Source of the DNA: Deltaproteobacteria bacterium
GTDB taxonomy: Bacteria; Desulfobacterota; Dissulfuribacteria; Dissulfuribacterales; QOAL01
Length of the DNA stretch: 64,000 nt
Reading direction: 5' to 3'
NCBI GenBank assembly: GCA_027028245.1
Contig: JALVJO010000050.1
Coordinates: forward strand, 22,368 to 86,367
The notes beneath the pieces are model-generated. The model was not told the origin of the DNA, did not search any database, and saw only the letters and a program-made list of their open reading frames with translations. Below, one piece after another: positions 30,853 to 40,449 of this stretch; the first letter of the stretch is position 1, and each line of letters begins with the position of its first letter. Both the position numbers and the translations under genes were made by a program.

Positions 30853-32541
30853 ATGAGCGCAATACCACTTGTAAACCTGATCCCTCAAGGCCAGCAAGAG
30901 GCCTCTGGAAACACCATCATAGACGCAGGGCAAAGCCCTCCTTCATCGGACAGCTTCGAGAACTTAATTGCACAGGCAGGTCAACAGCCACTAAACACCA
31001 CAGCCTCTGCACAGCCGTCTTCAGGCCAGGAACCGACTGGCGGATTCAGTGACTTGTTCAGGCTTCTTGATATCCTTTTCGGCTTCGGAAACATTAAGAA
31101 TTCAGATGGTTTGAGCACATCAGATAATTCGGGAGAAAGTGTCCCTATTCAAGCCGCAAGCCAGGATAATACTGCCGGTCAGCCGCAGTCAGCCGCATCT
31201 GCCCCTCCAAAGGCTTTTGAGGGTTTCCTCTCCGAGGTTCAAAAGATGCTGGTAATATTCCAGGCAGTCGCTCACCAGTTCTTCAGCGGGCTTCACTCTT
31301 CCATGCAGCCGCTTGAAGATGAAACATCAACCCTCGAGGAGGAAACATCTTCTGAAAATGCAGTTTCTGCCGGTATTCAGCAGGTGGAAAATTCATCCAA
31401 GGCGGTTCAGGATGCTGCTGTGCCTGTTGAAAACATTCAAGCCGCACCTGGGATCTCTCTAACACCCCAGCCGGAAATCCAGCAAGCAACAAACACTGGA
31501 GCAACTGCAGACAGCCAGCCGCAAACTAATCAGGCTCAAGATTTTAAATTCTACTCCCTTTCCTACAGCGGGCCCGTTCCGGAAGGTGATGCGCAGTCTG
31601 CGAACATAAACAGCTATGCGGCATCGTCAGTTGTTCAGGACTTTAACCAGGCCATTGAAGAACCTGAAGATCCATTGAGTAATTTCATGCAGATGGATAT
31701 GAGACAGGCCGTATTCAGTGAAGTATCGGGCCAAGACGCAGAAACCCGTATCAGCATGATGTCAGGCTCTATACAGCTGACAGGAGAAAAGGATACTCCC
31801 GTCTCCTTGCACATGGAAAGGGTAAATGTCACCTCTCATAAAGGCAGCCTTGATGCATATACCATCCAGGCATCTGCAGACACCAGGGCTTCCCAGCAGC
31901 AGGGTCAGGCTTCTGACAACCAAAACAGCCTTGTTATAAATTATGCATCATTCAGCACTTCGAACCCGATGGACAACGACACCGGGCAGAGCAGCCAGCA
32001 GCAATCCAGCCCCCAAGGAGAACTGGACATAGTCTATCAAAATACCTCTCAGCCAGGTGCTGCCCAGGTTTCTGGAGCAGAAACCAGGTTCATCCAGCCT
32101 TCAGGCACCACTGGAGAAAATGTTGCCGCCCAGCTGGCTGACGGCATAAGCCAGGCGGTTAAACTGAACAGGAACAGGGCTGTTCTTCATTTGAACCCTC
32201 CGGAACTCGGCTCCGTAAAGGTCAACATTTCCGTTGACCATGCCAATCACATACAAGCCAGCTTTATAGCGGATCACCCGGAAACCAAGCATATCCTGGA
32301 GGCAAATCTCCAGCACCTGAGGGACAATCTGACCCAGAATGGTTTTTCCCTGGGACAGGTGAACGTGGATATCGGCGGCAACAACTTTGCTGGTTTCAAC
32401 CAGGACCCCCAGGGACATCACCTTACCCCGTTCGGGGACCCGGCCATGTGGCTTAACAACAATGCCGAAAATGGTGCTGACACAGCAGCTTCGGCCACTG
32501 GCAATGTCATTGATCAAAACGGCGTTCATGTCGTAATTTAG
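30853..32541 (+). CDS. fliK: flagellar hook-length control protein FliK
   Basis: Long Q/S/A-rich N-terminal region. C-terminal Flg_hook domain ..AVLHLNPPELGSVKVNISVDH..FIADHPETKHILEANLQHLRDNLTQNGFSLGQVNV.. Confidence 0.75.
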   Translation: MSAIPLVNLIPQGQQEASGNTIIDAGQSPPSSDSFENLIAQAGQQPLNTTASAQPSSGQEPTGGFSDLFRLLDILFGFGNIKNSDGLSTSDNSGESVPIQAASQDNTAGQPQSAASAPPKAFEGFLSEVQKMLVIFQAVAHQFFSGLHSSMQPLEDETSTLEEETSSENAVSAGIQQVENSSKAVQDAAVPVENIQAAPGISLTPQPEIQQATNTGATADSQPQTNQAQDFKFYSLSYSGPVPEGDAQSANINSYAASSVVQDFNQAIEEPEDPLSNFMQMDMRQAVFSEVSGQDAETRISMMSGSIQLTGEKDTPVSLHMERVNVTSHKGSLDAYTIQASADTRASQQQGQASDNQNSLVINYASFSTSNPMDNDTGQSSQQQSSPQGELDIVYQNTSQPGAAQVSGAETRFIQPSGTTGENVAAQLADGISQAVKLNRNRAVLHLNPPELGSVKVNISVDHANHIQASFIADHPETKHILEANLQHLRDNLTQNGFSLGQVNVDIGGNNFAGFNQDPQGHHLTPFGDPAMWLNNNAENGADTAASATGNVIDQNGVHVVI

Positions 32542-32551
32542 GCAGGGAAAA

Positions 32552-33241
32552 ATGATTACAACAGGCTTGACTCATTCTCCGGCTGCTCAGACCGAAGACC
32601 AGGAAATAAAATACGAAACAAAAGAGGACCACTCCACCTTGAGCCGGGACGATTTCATGAAGCTCTTTGTAACCCAGCTTCAGTACCAGGATCCCATGAA
32701 CCCAATGGAGAGCGCAGAAATGGCTTCTCAGGTCGCCCAGTTCAACATGGTAGATCTCATGTATAAAAACAACACTGCCCTTGAAGGCATGGCTAATGCC
32801 CTGAACACCTCGGCCTCAGTTTCTGCCATCAGTCTTATTGGACACAACGTGGAATACAAGGGGAACGAACTATACGTGGGCAGCAATGGGCCTGAACCTT
32901 TTTATCTCCAGATTCCGGCCCAGGGCATGTCAGGCTGCAAAATAACCATAAAAGACGCCAGCGGCATCCCGGTTAAAACCATTGAAATGAACGCAGCTGA
33001 GCCGGGAACCAGGTTAACACTTGACTGGGACGGTACGGATACACAGGGAGATGCTGTGCCGGAGGGCACTTACCATGTAGCCGTGGAGGCAAAAGACTTC
33101 AACCTGAATGACATCAACCTGGAAACATGGACAACAGGCAGGGTGTCAGGAATTGACAGCTCGGAAGACGGCCTGCCCATGATCCAGATAGAAGAAGGTC
33201 CATTGTTGAAATTTAACGAAATCAAAAGCGTACAGGATTAA
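32552..33241 (+). CDS. flgD: flagellar hook assembly (capping) protein FlgD
   Basis: ..LSRDDFMKLFVTQLQYQDPMNPMES.. plus a FLgD Ig-like/tudor C-terminal region. Confidence 0.9.
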   Translation: MITTGLTHSPAAQTEDQEIKYETKEDHSTLSRDDFMKLFVTQLQYQDPMNPMESAEMASQVAQFNMVDLMYKNNTALEGMANALNTSASVSAISLIGHNVEYKGNELYVGSNGPEPFYLQIPAQGMSGCKITIKDASGIPVKTIEMNAAEPGTRLTLDWDGTDTQGDAVPEGTYHVAVEAKDFNLNDINLETWTTGRVSGIDSSEDGLPMIQIEEGPLLKFNEIKSVQD

Positions 33242-33259
33242 AAGGAGGACTCAAAAAAA

Positions 33260-34735
33260 ATGGCTCTAACAAGCTCTTTATATTCAGGAGTAAGCGGACT
33301 CGTAAACATGGGTAATGCCATGCAGGTAATCGGCGACAACATCTCAAACGTAAATACCACCGGATTCAAGGCTGCCAACACCACGTTTCAGGATATCATG
33401 GCACAATCCATAAACACTGCCAGAGGAGGCTCCCAGGTGGGAAGAGGTTCTTCCATGTCGGACGTTGCTCCACTTTTTATCCAGGGCTCCTTTGAGAGCA
33501 CTTCCTCACCCACAGATCTTGCCATTGCCGGAAACGGTTTTTTCATGGTTTCCGACCCCCAGCGCGAAAACAGCATCTTTTATACCAGGGCCGGACAGTT
33601 TCACGTGGACAAGACAGGCTACCTGGTCAATCCTGCCGGATTGAACGTGCAGGGCTGGGCCATGGAAACGCAGCCTGACGGAACCGCAGAGATAACAGGC
33701 TCCATCGGAGATATACAAATAAACAATTCCTCTCCCCCGGTTGCTTCCAGCCAAGCCACTGTTGCCGTAAATCTCGACAGCAGGATAACAGACCCTGTCT
33801 CGGCTCAGCAGCTGGACGCCAGCTGGGACGGCACGCAGGAAGACGGTGGCCTTGCAGTCGGAGTTGACTACGAATACAAGACATCTTTCAATGTCTATGA
33901 CAGCCTTGGCAACACCCATGAGCTCACTGTTTATTTTGACAGGACGGCAAACGACAGGGAATGGGAATTTCTCATAACCATGAATCCCAATGATGACAAA
34001 GGAGGAGCAGCAGGCTCCGCAGATGCAGGCAAGCTCATGTACGGCACTATCACATTTACTCCCCAGGGACAAATAGACAGTTTCGACAATCTAAACAGGT
34101 GGGTAAATGGGACATCCGAAACCATTGATGTGCCCGGGGGTTACGGCGATCACCATTACCCTGAACTTATAGCCTTTTTTCTGCCTCCCACAGGCTCCAC
34201 CGACCCTATTACCGGCCAGGATACTGCAGCACAGATCATGGAGATGAATTTCGGCGCCAGGGCTGCCTTTGATGCAGCCGGAACTGCAATAGATCATTGG
34301 GAAACAGAGGCAATAACCTCCACGCAGTATGCCAACCGTTCCAGCACCTTATTTTACGATCAAAACGGCTTTGCACCGGGCTTTCTGGAGACATTAAACG
34401 TAGATTCCGAGGGGGTGATCTCCGGCACCTATTCTAACGGCAGGATCATTTCCCTGGCCCAGCTTTCCCTGGCAAGATTCAACAGCCCCACAGACCTTTC
34501 AAAGGAGGGCGGAAACCTCTGGAGAGAAACCACGGCCTCCGGCTCGCCTGTCACAGGCCCCCCGAGGACCAACGGCCTTGGATCCATTGCAGCAAACGCC
34601 CTTGAGCAGTCAACAGTTGATATGGGTACGGAATTCGTAAAACTGATAACCACCCAGCGGGCATTTCAGGCCAATTCCAGGGTCATCACCACCACTGATG
34701 AAATGCTGAACGAACTGCTGAATATGAAACGTTAA
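33260..34735 (+). CDS. flgE: flagellar hook protein FlgE
   Basis: MALTSSLYSGVSGL..NISNVNTTGFK.. N-terminus and ..LEQSTVDMGTEFVKLITTQRAFQANSRVITT.. C-terminus. Confidence 0.9.
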   Translation: MALTSSLYSGVSGLVNMGNAMQVIGDNISNVNTTGFKAANTTFQDIMAQSINTARGGSQVGRGSSMSDVAPLFIQGSFESTSSPTDLAIAGNGFFMVSDPQRENSIFYTRAGQFHVDKTGYLVNPAGLNVQGWAMETQPDGTAEITGSIGDIQINNSSPPVASSQATVAVNLDSRITDPVSAQQLDASWDGTQEDGGLAVGVDYEYKTSFNVYDSLGNTHELTVYFDRTANDREWEFLITMNPNDDKGGAAGSADAGKLMYGTITFTPQGQIDSFDNLNRWVNGTSETIDVPGGYGDHHYPELIAFFLPPTGSTDPITGQDTAAQIMEMNFGARAAFDAAGTAIDHWETEAITSTQYANRSSTLFYDQNGFAPGFLETLNVDSEGVISGTYSNGRIISLAQLSLARFNSPTDLSKEGGNLWRETTASGSPVTGPPRTNGLGSIAANALEQSTVDMGTEFVKLITTQRAFQANSRVITTTDEMLNELLNMKR

Positions 34736-34764
34736 CCAGCTGAGATCAATTGCTGAACAGAGGA

Positions 34765-34787
34765 GGCCCTTTACAGGGCCTTTTTTC
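34765..34787 (+). terminator. rho-independent terminator after flgE
   Basis: ggccct-ttac-agggcc followed by tttttt. Confidence 0.55.
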
Positions 34788-34852
34788 TTGCTTCTTGGAA
34801 AGGATGCTTCTTGTCTCTGAATAAAGCGGGCAAGTACGATTGAAGAAGTATT

Positions 34853-35503
34853 TCAGGCTATCTGAACCTCGCCTCCTTCTTCTCCTTCGATCCATTCAAG
34901 CTCTATTTCAAGGGATCTTTTTGTATTCCGCTTGACCTTTTCTTCCACCTTTATCTCCACCACAAGGCTGGAAGGGAAGGCGAGGGAACATTCACTGTCG
35001 CCTTGCCTCAGCTGAAGATTTCCCTTTTCCACCTTGTCGGCTATGGTCCTCAGAAGTGCTGCAGCTTCAGCTGCACTCTTTTTTTCCTCGCTCTTGAACA
35101 ATACCTTTTCAACACTCATTTCGTCACCTCCTTCAAGGATTACCACGGCCACTGCATATTCTCTTTCGTGGCTTATGGATAATTGCACCCCCTGGACATT
35201 CATCTTTCGGGCAGTGCTGTGTGCCTTGTCTGATAATCTAAGTACAGGTTTGCCGCTGTCCAGTCTTTCAACACCTATCTGTTTAAGGGTAATCCCCTCC
35301 CTGAATCCTGTCCCCAGGGCCTTCACCAGGGCCTCCTTGGCAGCAAACCTGCCGGCAAGACATGGATAGGGGTCACGTTTTTTCAGGCACCACTCTATTT
35401 CGCCGGGGCAAAATGCCCTTTCAAGGAAACGTTCTCCAAAGCGCTCAACAGCATTTTCTATCCGAGGGACATGAACGATATCAATGCCGATACCAAGGAT
35501 CAT
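34853..35503 (-). CDS. acpS: holo-[acyl-carrier-protein] synthase fused in frame to an amphi-Trp domain
   Basis: aa 1-125 are AcpS (MILGIGIDIV..FAAKEALVKALG..LSISHEREYAVAVVILE). aa 129-216 match the amphi-Trp pattern (..VVEIKVEEKVKRNTKRSLEIELEW..). No stop between them. Confidence 0.8.
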   Translation of the reverse strand: MILGIGIDIVHVPRIENAVERFGERFLERAFCPGEIEWCLKKRDPYPCLAGRFAAKEALVKALGTGFREGITLKQIGVERLDSGKPVLRLSDKAHSTARKMNVQGVQLSISHEREYAVAVVILEGGDEMSVEKVLFKSEEKKSAAEAAALLRTIADKVEKGNLQLRQGDSECSLAFPSSLVVEIKVEEKVKRNTKRSLEIELEWIEGEEGGEVQIA

Positions 35504-35520
35504 GGAAAAAGGCCGGAAGG

Positions 35521-36663
35521 TCAGCCCGATGCCTTTACTATGGCAAGCATCTCGCGCACGGCCCTTTCCATGCCCACCAGCGAGGCCCTTGCAACCACCG
35601 AATGCCCGATGCTGAATTCCACAATATCACTGACAGCGGCAAGGCGCCCGGTATTTTGATAGTTGAGCCCGTGTCCCGCATGTACCCTGAGACCGAGATC
35701 AGAAGCAATCCCCGCCATCTTTACGATCTGATCAAATTCCCTTTCCTCTTCTTCTGGATTTACTGCATCGGCGTAACGGCCGGTATGTATCTCAATGCAT
35801 TCTGCACCTGTCCTGCTGGAGGCAAATATCTGATCTTCCTCGGGATCCACAAACAGGCTCACTGGAATCCCTGCGTGGTGGAGGCGGCCTACAGCATCCT
35901 TGACCGATGCCTCAAGGCTTACCACATCAAGCCCCCCCTCGGTGGTGAGTTCCTGTCTCTTTTCAGGAACAAGGGTCACGATATCAGGTTTTATCTCCGA
36001 AGCTATTCCTATCATCTCGTCAGTGGCAGCCATCTCCAGGGTAAGCCTGGTCTTTACCACCTGCCTCAAAAGCTTTACATCCCGGTCCTGGATATGGCGC
36101 CTGTCTTCCCTTAGATGCACAACGATACCATCTGCACCTGCAAGCTCCACCAGACCGGCTGCCAGCACAGGGTCTGGTTCCGTACCACCCCTTGCCTGCC
36201 TTATGGTGGCTATGTGGTCAACATTTATACAAAGATCGGCCATGATATCCTCCCTGATCAAGGCTGTTTTTAGTTCCCGCTCCTTTTCAGTCATGCGCCT
36301 TTCGTGCTCGCCTCCCAGCTCGTGATCCTCACCCAACAGATGCACGAAGCCGTGAATCAAGAGCTCCATGACCCGATTCCTGAGGGTGGTTATGCCGTCA
36401 TCGGCTTCCTGAGCCGCCTTCTGGGTACAGATGATAATGTCCCCGAGCACGCCCGGCTCATCCATGGGAAACGATATGACGTTTGTCGGACCAAACCTGT
36501 CGAACCAGCGGCTGTTGAGGCTCTCTATGCCGGACAAGTCGGTAAAAATGATATTGAGCTGCACGTCTTTCAGGCCCGCAATACGCAAGAGCCTGTCTGC
36601 CATCCTCTGGTAACAGGGGATGGCAAGGTTCATGCCGGATTGGTTCAATATTTCAGCAGGCAT
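35521..36663 (-). CDS. rRNA maturation endoribonuclease YbeY fused in frame to pyridoxine 5'-phosphate synthase PdxJ
   Basis: aa 1-140 are YbeY (..HGFVHLLGEDHE..). aa 141-380 are PdxJ (MADLCINVDHIATIRQARGG..HLREDRRHIQDRD..EIHTGRYA..HAGHGLNYQN..). No stop between them. Confidence 0.85.
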   Translation of the reverse strand: MPAEILNQSGMNLAIPCYQRMADRLLRIAGLKDVQLNIIFTDLSGIESLNSRWFDRFGPTNVISFPMDEPGVLGDIIICTQKAAQEADDGITTLRNRVMELLIHGFVHLLGEDHELGGEHERRMTEKERELKTALIREDIMADLCINVDHIATIRQARGGTEPDPVLAAGLVELAGADGIVVHLREDRRHIQDRDVKLLRQVVKTRLTLEMAATDEMIGIASEIKPDIVTLVPEKRQELTTEGGLDVVSLEASVKDAVGRLHHAGIPVSLFVDPEEDQIFASSRTGAECIEIHTGRYADAVNPEEEEREFDQIVKMAGIASDLGLRVHAGHGLNYQNTGRLAAVSDIVEFSIGHSVVARASLVGMERAVREMLAIVKASG

Positions 36664-36692
36664 TGTCTACGGGATCGAACATGCTTTCTATC

Positions 36693-37643
36693 CTACTTCT
36701 CATTTTCCTCATAGGCCTGGATAATCTTCTTTACAAGAGGGTGGCGAACCACGTCCTTCTTGGAAAACATGGCAAAGGTGATACCGGGGATGTCCTTGAG
36801 GAGCCGCCTCGCCTCTACAAGCCCGGATTTTCCCTTGTCCTCGAGATCTATCTGGGTGATGTCCCCGGTGACCACTGCCTTGGACCCAAACCCGATACGG
36901 GTCAGGAACATCTTCATCTGGGAAGAAGTGGTATTCTGGGCCTCGTCCAGGATGATAAAGGCGTCGTTCAAGGTCCGGCCCCTCATGAATGCCAGGGGAG
37001 CCACTTCTATTATGCCCCGTTCCAACAGACGGGCCACCCTTTCAAAGGGCAGCATGTCGTAAAGGGCATCGTACAGGGGCCGAAGGTAGGGATTCACCTT
37101 TTCCTCAAGGTCACCCGGCAGGAAGCCGAGACGTTCACCTGCCTCAACAGCAGGACGAACCATTATGATCCTGGTTATCTCGTCGTTCAGAAGGGCGGCT
37201 ACTGCCATGGCCATGGCCAGATAGGTCTTGCCCGTACCAGCTGGTCCTATTCCGAAGACGATATCACTGTTCCTTATGGCCTCAACATAGAATTTCTGAG
37301 CCAAACTCTTGGGAGAAACACTTCTCCTTCCTGATTTTATGGTGAGCTTGTCCAGGAAGATTTCAGCAATCCTGGCCTTGGGGTCCTCGCTCAGGATCCC
37401 CAGGGCAAATTCCACATCCCTTGACTGAAGGGGATATCCCCTTTCTATGAGCTGGTAGAGCTGTGCACAGGCCTTTTGCGCAAGATCAGTACCTACTTCA
37501 TCACCGGATATGGTGAGCTGGTTACCCCGCACATCGATATCCACACCCAGGGTGTTTTCAATCATCTTGAGATTCCGGCCGTGTTCCCCGTAAAGGTCAA
37601 TTATGGCCGTGTTGTCTTCAAAATCCAGATTTCTTCTCATCAT
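36693..37643 (-). CDS. phoH: PhoH-family ATPase (YbeZ-like)
   Basis: N-terminal KH-like region, Walker A GPAGTGKTYLAMA, ..ILDEAQNTT.. Confidence 0.9.
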   Translation of the reverse strand: MMRRNLDFEDNTAIIDLYGEHGRNLKMIENTLGVDIDVRGNQLTISGDEVGTDLAQKACAQLYQLIERGYPLQSRDVEFALGILSEDPKARIAEIFLDKLTIKSGRRSVSPKSLAQKFYVEAIRNSDIVFGIGPAGTGKTYLAMAMAVAALLNDEITRIIMVRPAVEAGERLGFLPGDLEEKVNPYLRPLYDALYDMLPFERVARLLERGIIEVAPLAFMRGRTLNDAFIILDEAQNTTSSQMKMFLTRIGFGSKAVVTGDITQIDLEDKGKSGLVEARRLLKDIPGITFAMFSKKDVVRHPLVKKIIQAYEENEK

Positions 37644-39394
37644 CAGGCAACATCTCCAAGGGCCCTGTCAAAAAGTTTCCCCACCCCATATTCCTTGCGC
37701 CGCAGGAATTTTTCCCAGGAAGGTCCTATGATCTGCATCTCTGGATGCTCCTTTTGGACCTCTTTTGCTATCTGCATCTCCTTGGTGCAACCGGTGCTGT
37801 AAGTGGCATCCTTGCCCACCCACTCCGGCGGGACCTTTTCTCCCATAAGCTCAAAGGCCTTCTCTATATCCTCATAGGTCTGGAAACGCCATATATCGAT
37901 TAGACCGCTTCTCTGCACTATTTCCCACATGTACATGATATCATCGGCATCCATTCCCGGCTCAAAATGCTCTGCCGGGTTGATAACCACAACTCCTTCC
38001 TGTTTCTGTCTCAGGTAGCTGACAAAAACTTTAAGGATCTTTTTAGCAGTTTCAAGCTGGTTGGGAATGCTTCCAACTATGGCACTATAGAACATGATGG
38101 TCTTTCCGCGGTTCTTTTCCACCTGGAGATGGTAGATAAGGCTTTCTGCCTTGGCCCGCAGGTCCTTTTCGGAAAAACGTATCACCTTTGGATGACGGGG
38201 CTTGATCATGAGGACCAGCCTGTCCTCCGGCCCGGTGGTGGAACGAAAGATCATGTCTCTGGTGAAGCTGAAATGAGAACGTTCAATGCAGTAGGCATCT
38301 TCTGCTGAGCGAACAACTACCGCATCCGATTCCTTGAATGCCCTGGCAAACGTTACAGATGTCAGGAGGGGATTGAACTTCTCCTGTGTGCCGTCCGAAA
38401 TGACAAATACCGTCTTGTCGCTTTTCAGCTTGTCTATGAGATCATTTTTGGAGATATCCTTCCTGGCAATGATATCCACCTCCTTGAGGTGTTCGGAAAG
38501 ATAAGGGTCATCTATAATATCCGCCATGGTGATCTCATGGTGATAAAAGGACTGCTTCACAGAAATAATCACTTTTACCCGGAAGTGGAGAAGTATCTTT
38601 ATGATTTCAAGGTCCAGCAGGAAGGCCCCTGCCGAAGGCCCCTGCCATAGAAGATAGTGCCACGTGTCATGCCCCTGCCACTCCTTCAGCATGTTCAGGA
38701 ACCTTTCCCACCCTTCACCGCTGATATTTCTGGACATGAGATGGTCAATATCTTCCTTAGACGGCTCTTCCATGGCCATAAGCCGGTTGATGTTGCTTGA
38801 AAGGCTCATGAGCCTCCGCAGTTTCAGCACGTTTATCTGCAGGTTGATCTCGTCTAAGGCGGTTTCAGGAGTGATATCCAGCCCTGACCTTTCGTTCAGG
38901 GCATCCCTGAACTCTGTTGAAGCCAGGAGTTCATGGATCTTTCTGTTCTTTTTTTCCTTCTCGTGGGAAAGGGGCCTGTCTATCTCGCTGACCCGCACGA
39001 ATATCTGAAGCAGCCTTTTTTCCACCCTGGAAGGCATCATCACAAGGGAAGACGTCTCATGGCGGAACTTGATCCTGAGAAGACTATGCAGGAATTTCTT
39101 TTTGAACTCGTCCTCTATCAGGTTATTGACCAGGGGCTCTATCTTCTCCCAGACCTTCATGTACTGAAGTATCAGGTATTCACTGTTCTCCTTGTTTATG
39201 ATGGCATGAAAGATCTTGTCGGAACATGGATAGTAAAAAGGCTCATCCTCGGTATAGACTATGAACTTCAGCTGCTCCGGGGAGGCTACCTCATTGGGAA
39301 ATGCCTCGTAGGCCAGGTGATTTTCCGTAAAAAAATTTGCAATCCAGGCCTCTTTTTCCGGGTCTTTTTTATCCAGGTGGATCTGGTCAGGCAT
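37643..39394 (-). CDS. hypothetical protein, 583 aa (no motif recognised)
   Basis: Long uninterrupted ORF. Its stop overlaps the phoH ATG (TGATG). No TM segment or signal peptide seen. A weak resemblance of the central part to DUF89-type folds is only an impression. Confidence 0.5.
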   Translation of the reverse strand: MPDQIHLDKKDPEKEAWIANFFTENHLAYEAFPNEVASPEQLKFIVYTEDEPFYYPCSDKIFHAIINKENSEYLILQYMKVWEKIEPLVNNLIEDEFKKKFLHSLLRIKFRHETSSLVMMPSRVEKRLLQIFVRVSEIDRPLSHEKEKKNRKIHELLASTEFRDALNERSGLDITPETALDEINLQINVLKLRRLMSLSSNINRLMAMEEPSKEDIDHLMSRNISGEGWERFLNMLKEWQGHDTWHYLLWQGPSAGAFLLDLEIIKILLHFRVKVIISVKQSFYHHEITMADIIDDPYLSEHLKEVDIIARKDISKNDLIDKLKSDKTVFVISDGTQEKFNPLLTSVTFARAFKESDAVVVRSAEDAYCIERSHFSFTRDMIFRSTTGPEDRLVLMIKPRHPKVIRFSEKDLRAKAESLIYHLQVEKNRGKTIMFYSAIVGSIPNQLETAKKILKVFVSYLRQKQEGVVVINPAEHFEPGMDADDIMYMWEIVQRSGLIDIWRFQTYEDIEKAFELMGEKVPPEWVGKDATYSTGCTKEMQIAKEVQKEHPEMQIIGPSWEKFLRRKEYGVGKLFDRALGDVA

Positions 39395-39418
39395 CTTTCA
39401 CCACGGGAGTGTCAGGAA

Positions 39419-40351
39419 TCAGAACATCTTTTTCTTAATGAAGATATAGACCACTACAAGGGAAATCAAAAATGAAAAGCCCATTGTGATAAAAAAGGCA
39501 TGGGGATTGTGCTGGAAGGGAAGATTTATGTTCATGCCGTAGATGCTTGCCACCAGGTTGGGCAGCATAAGTACAATGGTCACGGCGGTCAGAAACTTCA
39601 TGACTATATTTAAATTGTTTGAAATGACAGATGCATAGGCATCCATCATTCCGGCCAGGATATCGCTGTATATCTTTGCCATTTCTATGGCCTGCTGGTT
39701 CTCAATCTGGGCATCCTCCAGGATATCCTCGTCATCCTCGTCTATTGGGATGAACCTGCCGCTGCCAAGCCTTACCATGACCATATCATTGGCCTTAAGA
39801 CTGGTGTTGAAATAGACCAGGCTCTTTTCCAGGTTCAGAAGCTTAACCAGTTCCCTGTTTCTCATGGAAAGCTGAAGCTCCTGTTCGTATTCTTCCATCA
39901 AGCGGTCAATGAGTCTCAGGTGTCTGAGATAGTCGCTGGCCACCCTGAAAAATATATTGAAAATGAACCTGACCCTGCTTACGAAAATACGCTGTTTCTT
40001 GGCAGATTCTATTACCCTGGCTAGTATTTCAGTTTCTACCGGACAGACCGTGATAATAATGCCTTCGAGAACAATGATCCCCAGAGGTATTGTCTCAAAG
40101 CGCACCATTTCCCCGCTGTGCTGGGGGAAGGGAATCTTTACAATAATGAGGATCTGTCCCTCATCGCTTTCGACCCTGGAAGTTTCCTCAACATCAAGGG
40201 GATAGCGCAGAAACTCCGGCAGCACTTGAGTCTCCTTCAATATCCGGTTAATCTCCTCTTCAGTTGGAGCCACGAGATTGATCCAGCATCCTTTTTCTAT
40301 CCGGCTTCCGGGCTCAACGGAGTCCTTGTTTTGTGAGAAGATTTGAAGCAA
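39419..40351 (-). CDS. corA: magnesium/cobalt transporter CorA family
   Basis: C-terminal 2 TM segments with ..IYGMNINLPF.. (YGMN motif). TTG start as in the ORF track. Confidence 0.85.
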   Translation of the reverse strand: MLQIFSQNKDSVEPGSRIEKGCWINLVAPTEEEINRILKETQVLPEFLRYPLDVEETSRVESDEGQILIIVKIPFPQHSGEMVRFETIPLGIIVLEGIIITVCPVETEILARVIESAKKQRIFVSRVRFIFNIFFRVASDYLRHLRLIDRLMEEYEQELQLSMRNRELVKLLNLEKSLVYFNTSLKANDMVMVRLGSGRFIPIDEDDEDILEDAQIENQQAIEMAKIYSDILAGMMDAYASVISNNLNIVMKFLTAVTIVLMLPNLVASIYGMNINLPFQHNPHAFFITMGFSFLISLVVVYIFIKKKMF

Positions 40352-40449
40352 ACCCTTAACCCCTTTATATAAGATTTTTCAGCCCTCTATTTTATAAGAC
40401 AGCCCTTGCATGAAGGCAAGCAAAAGGCAAATAAACTTTGTAACTTGAA

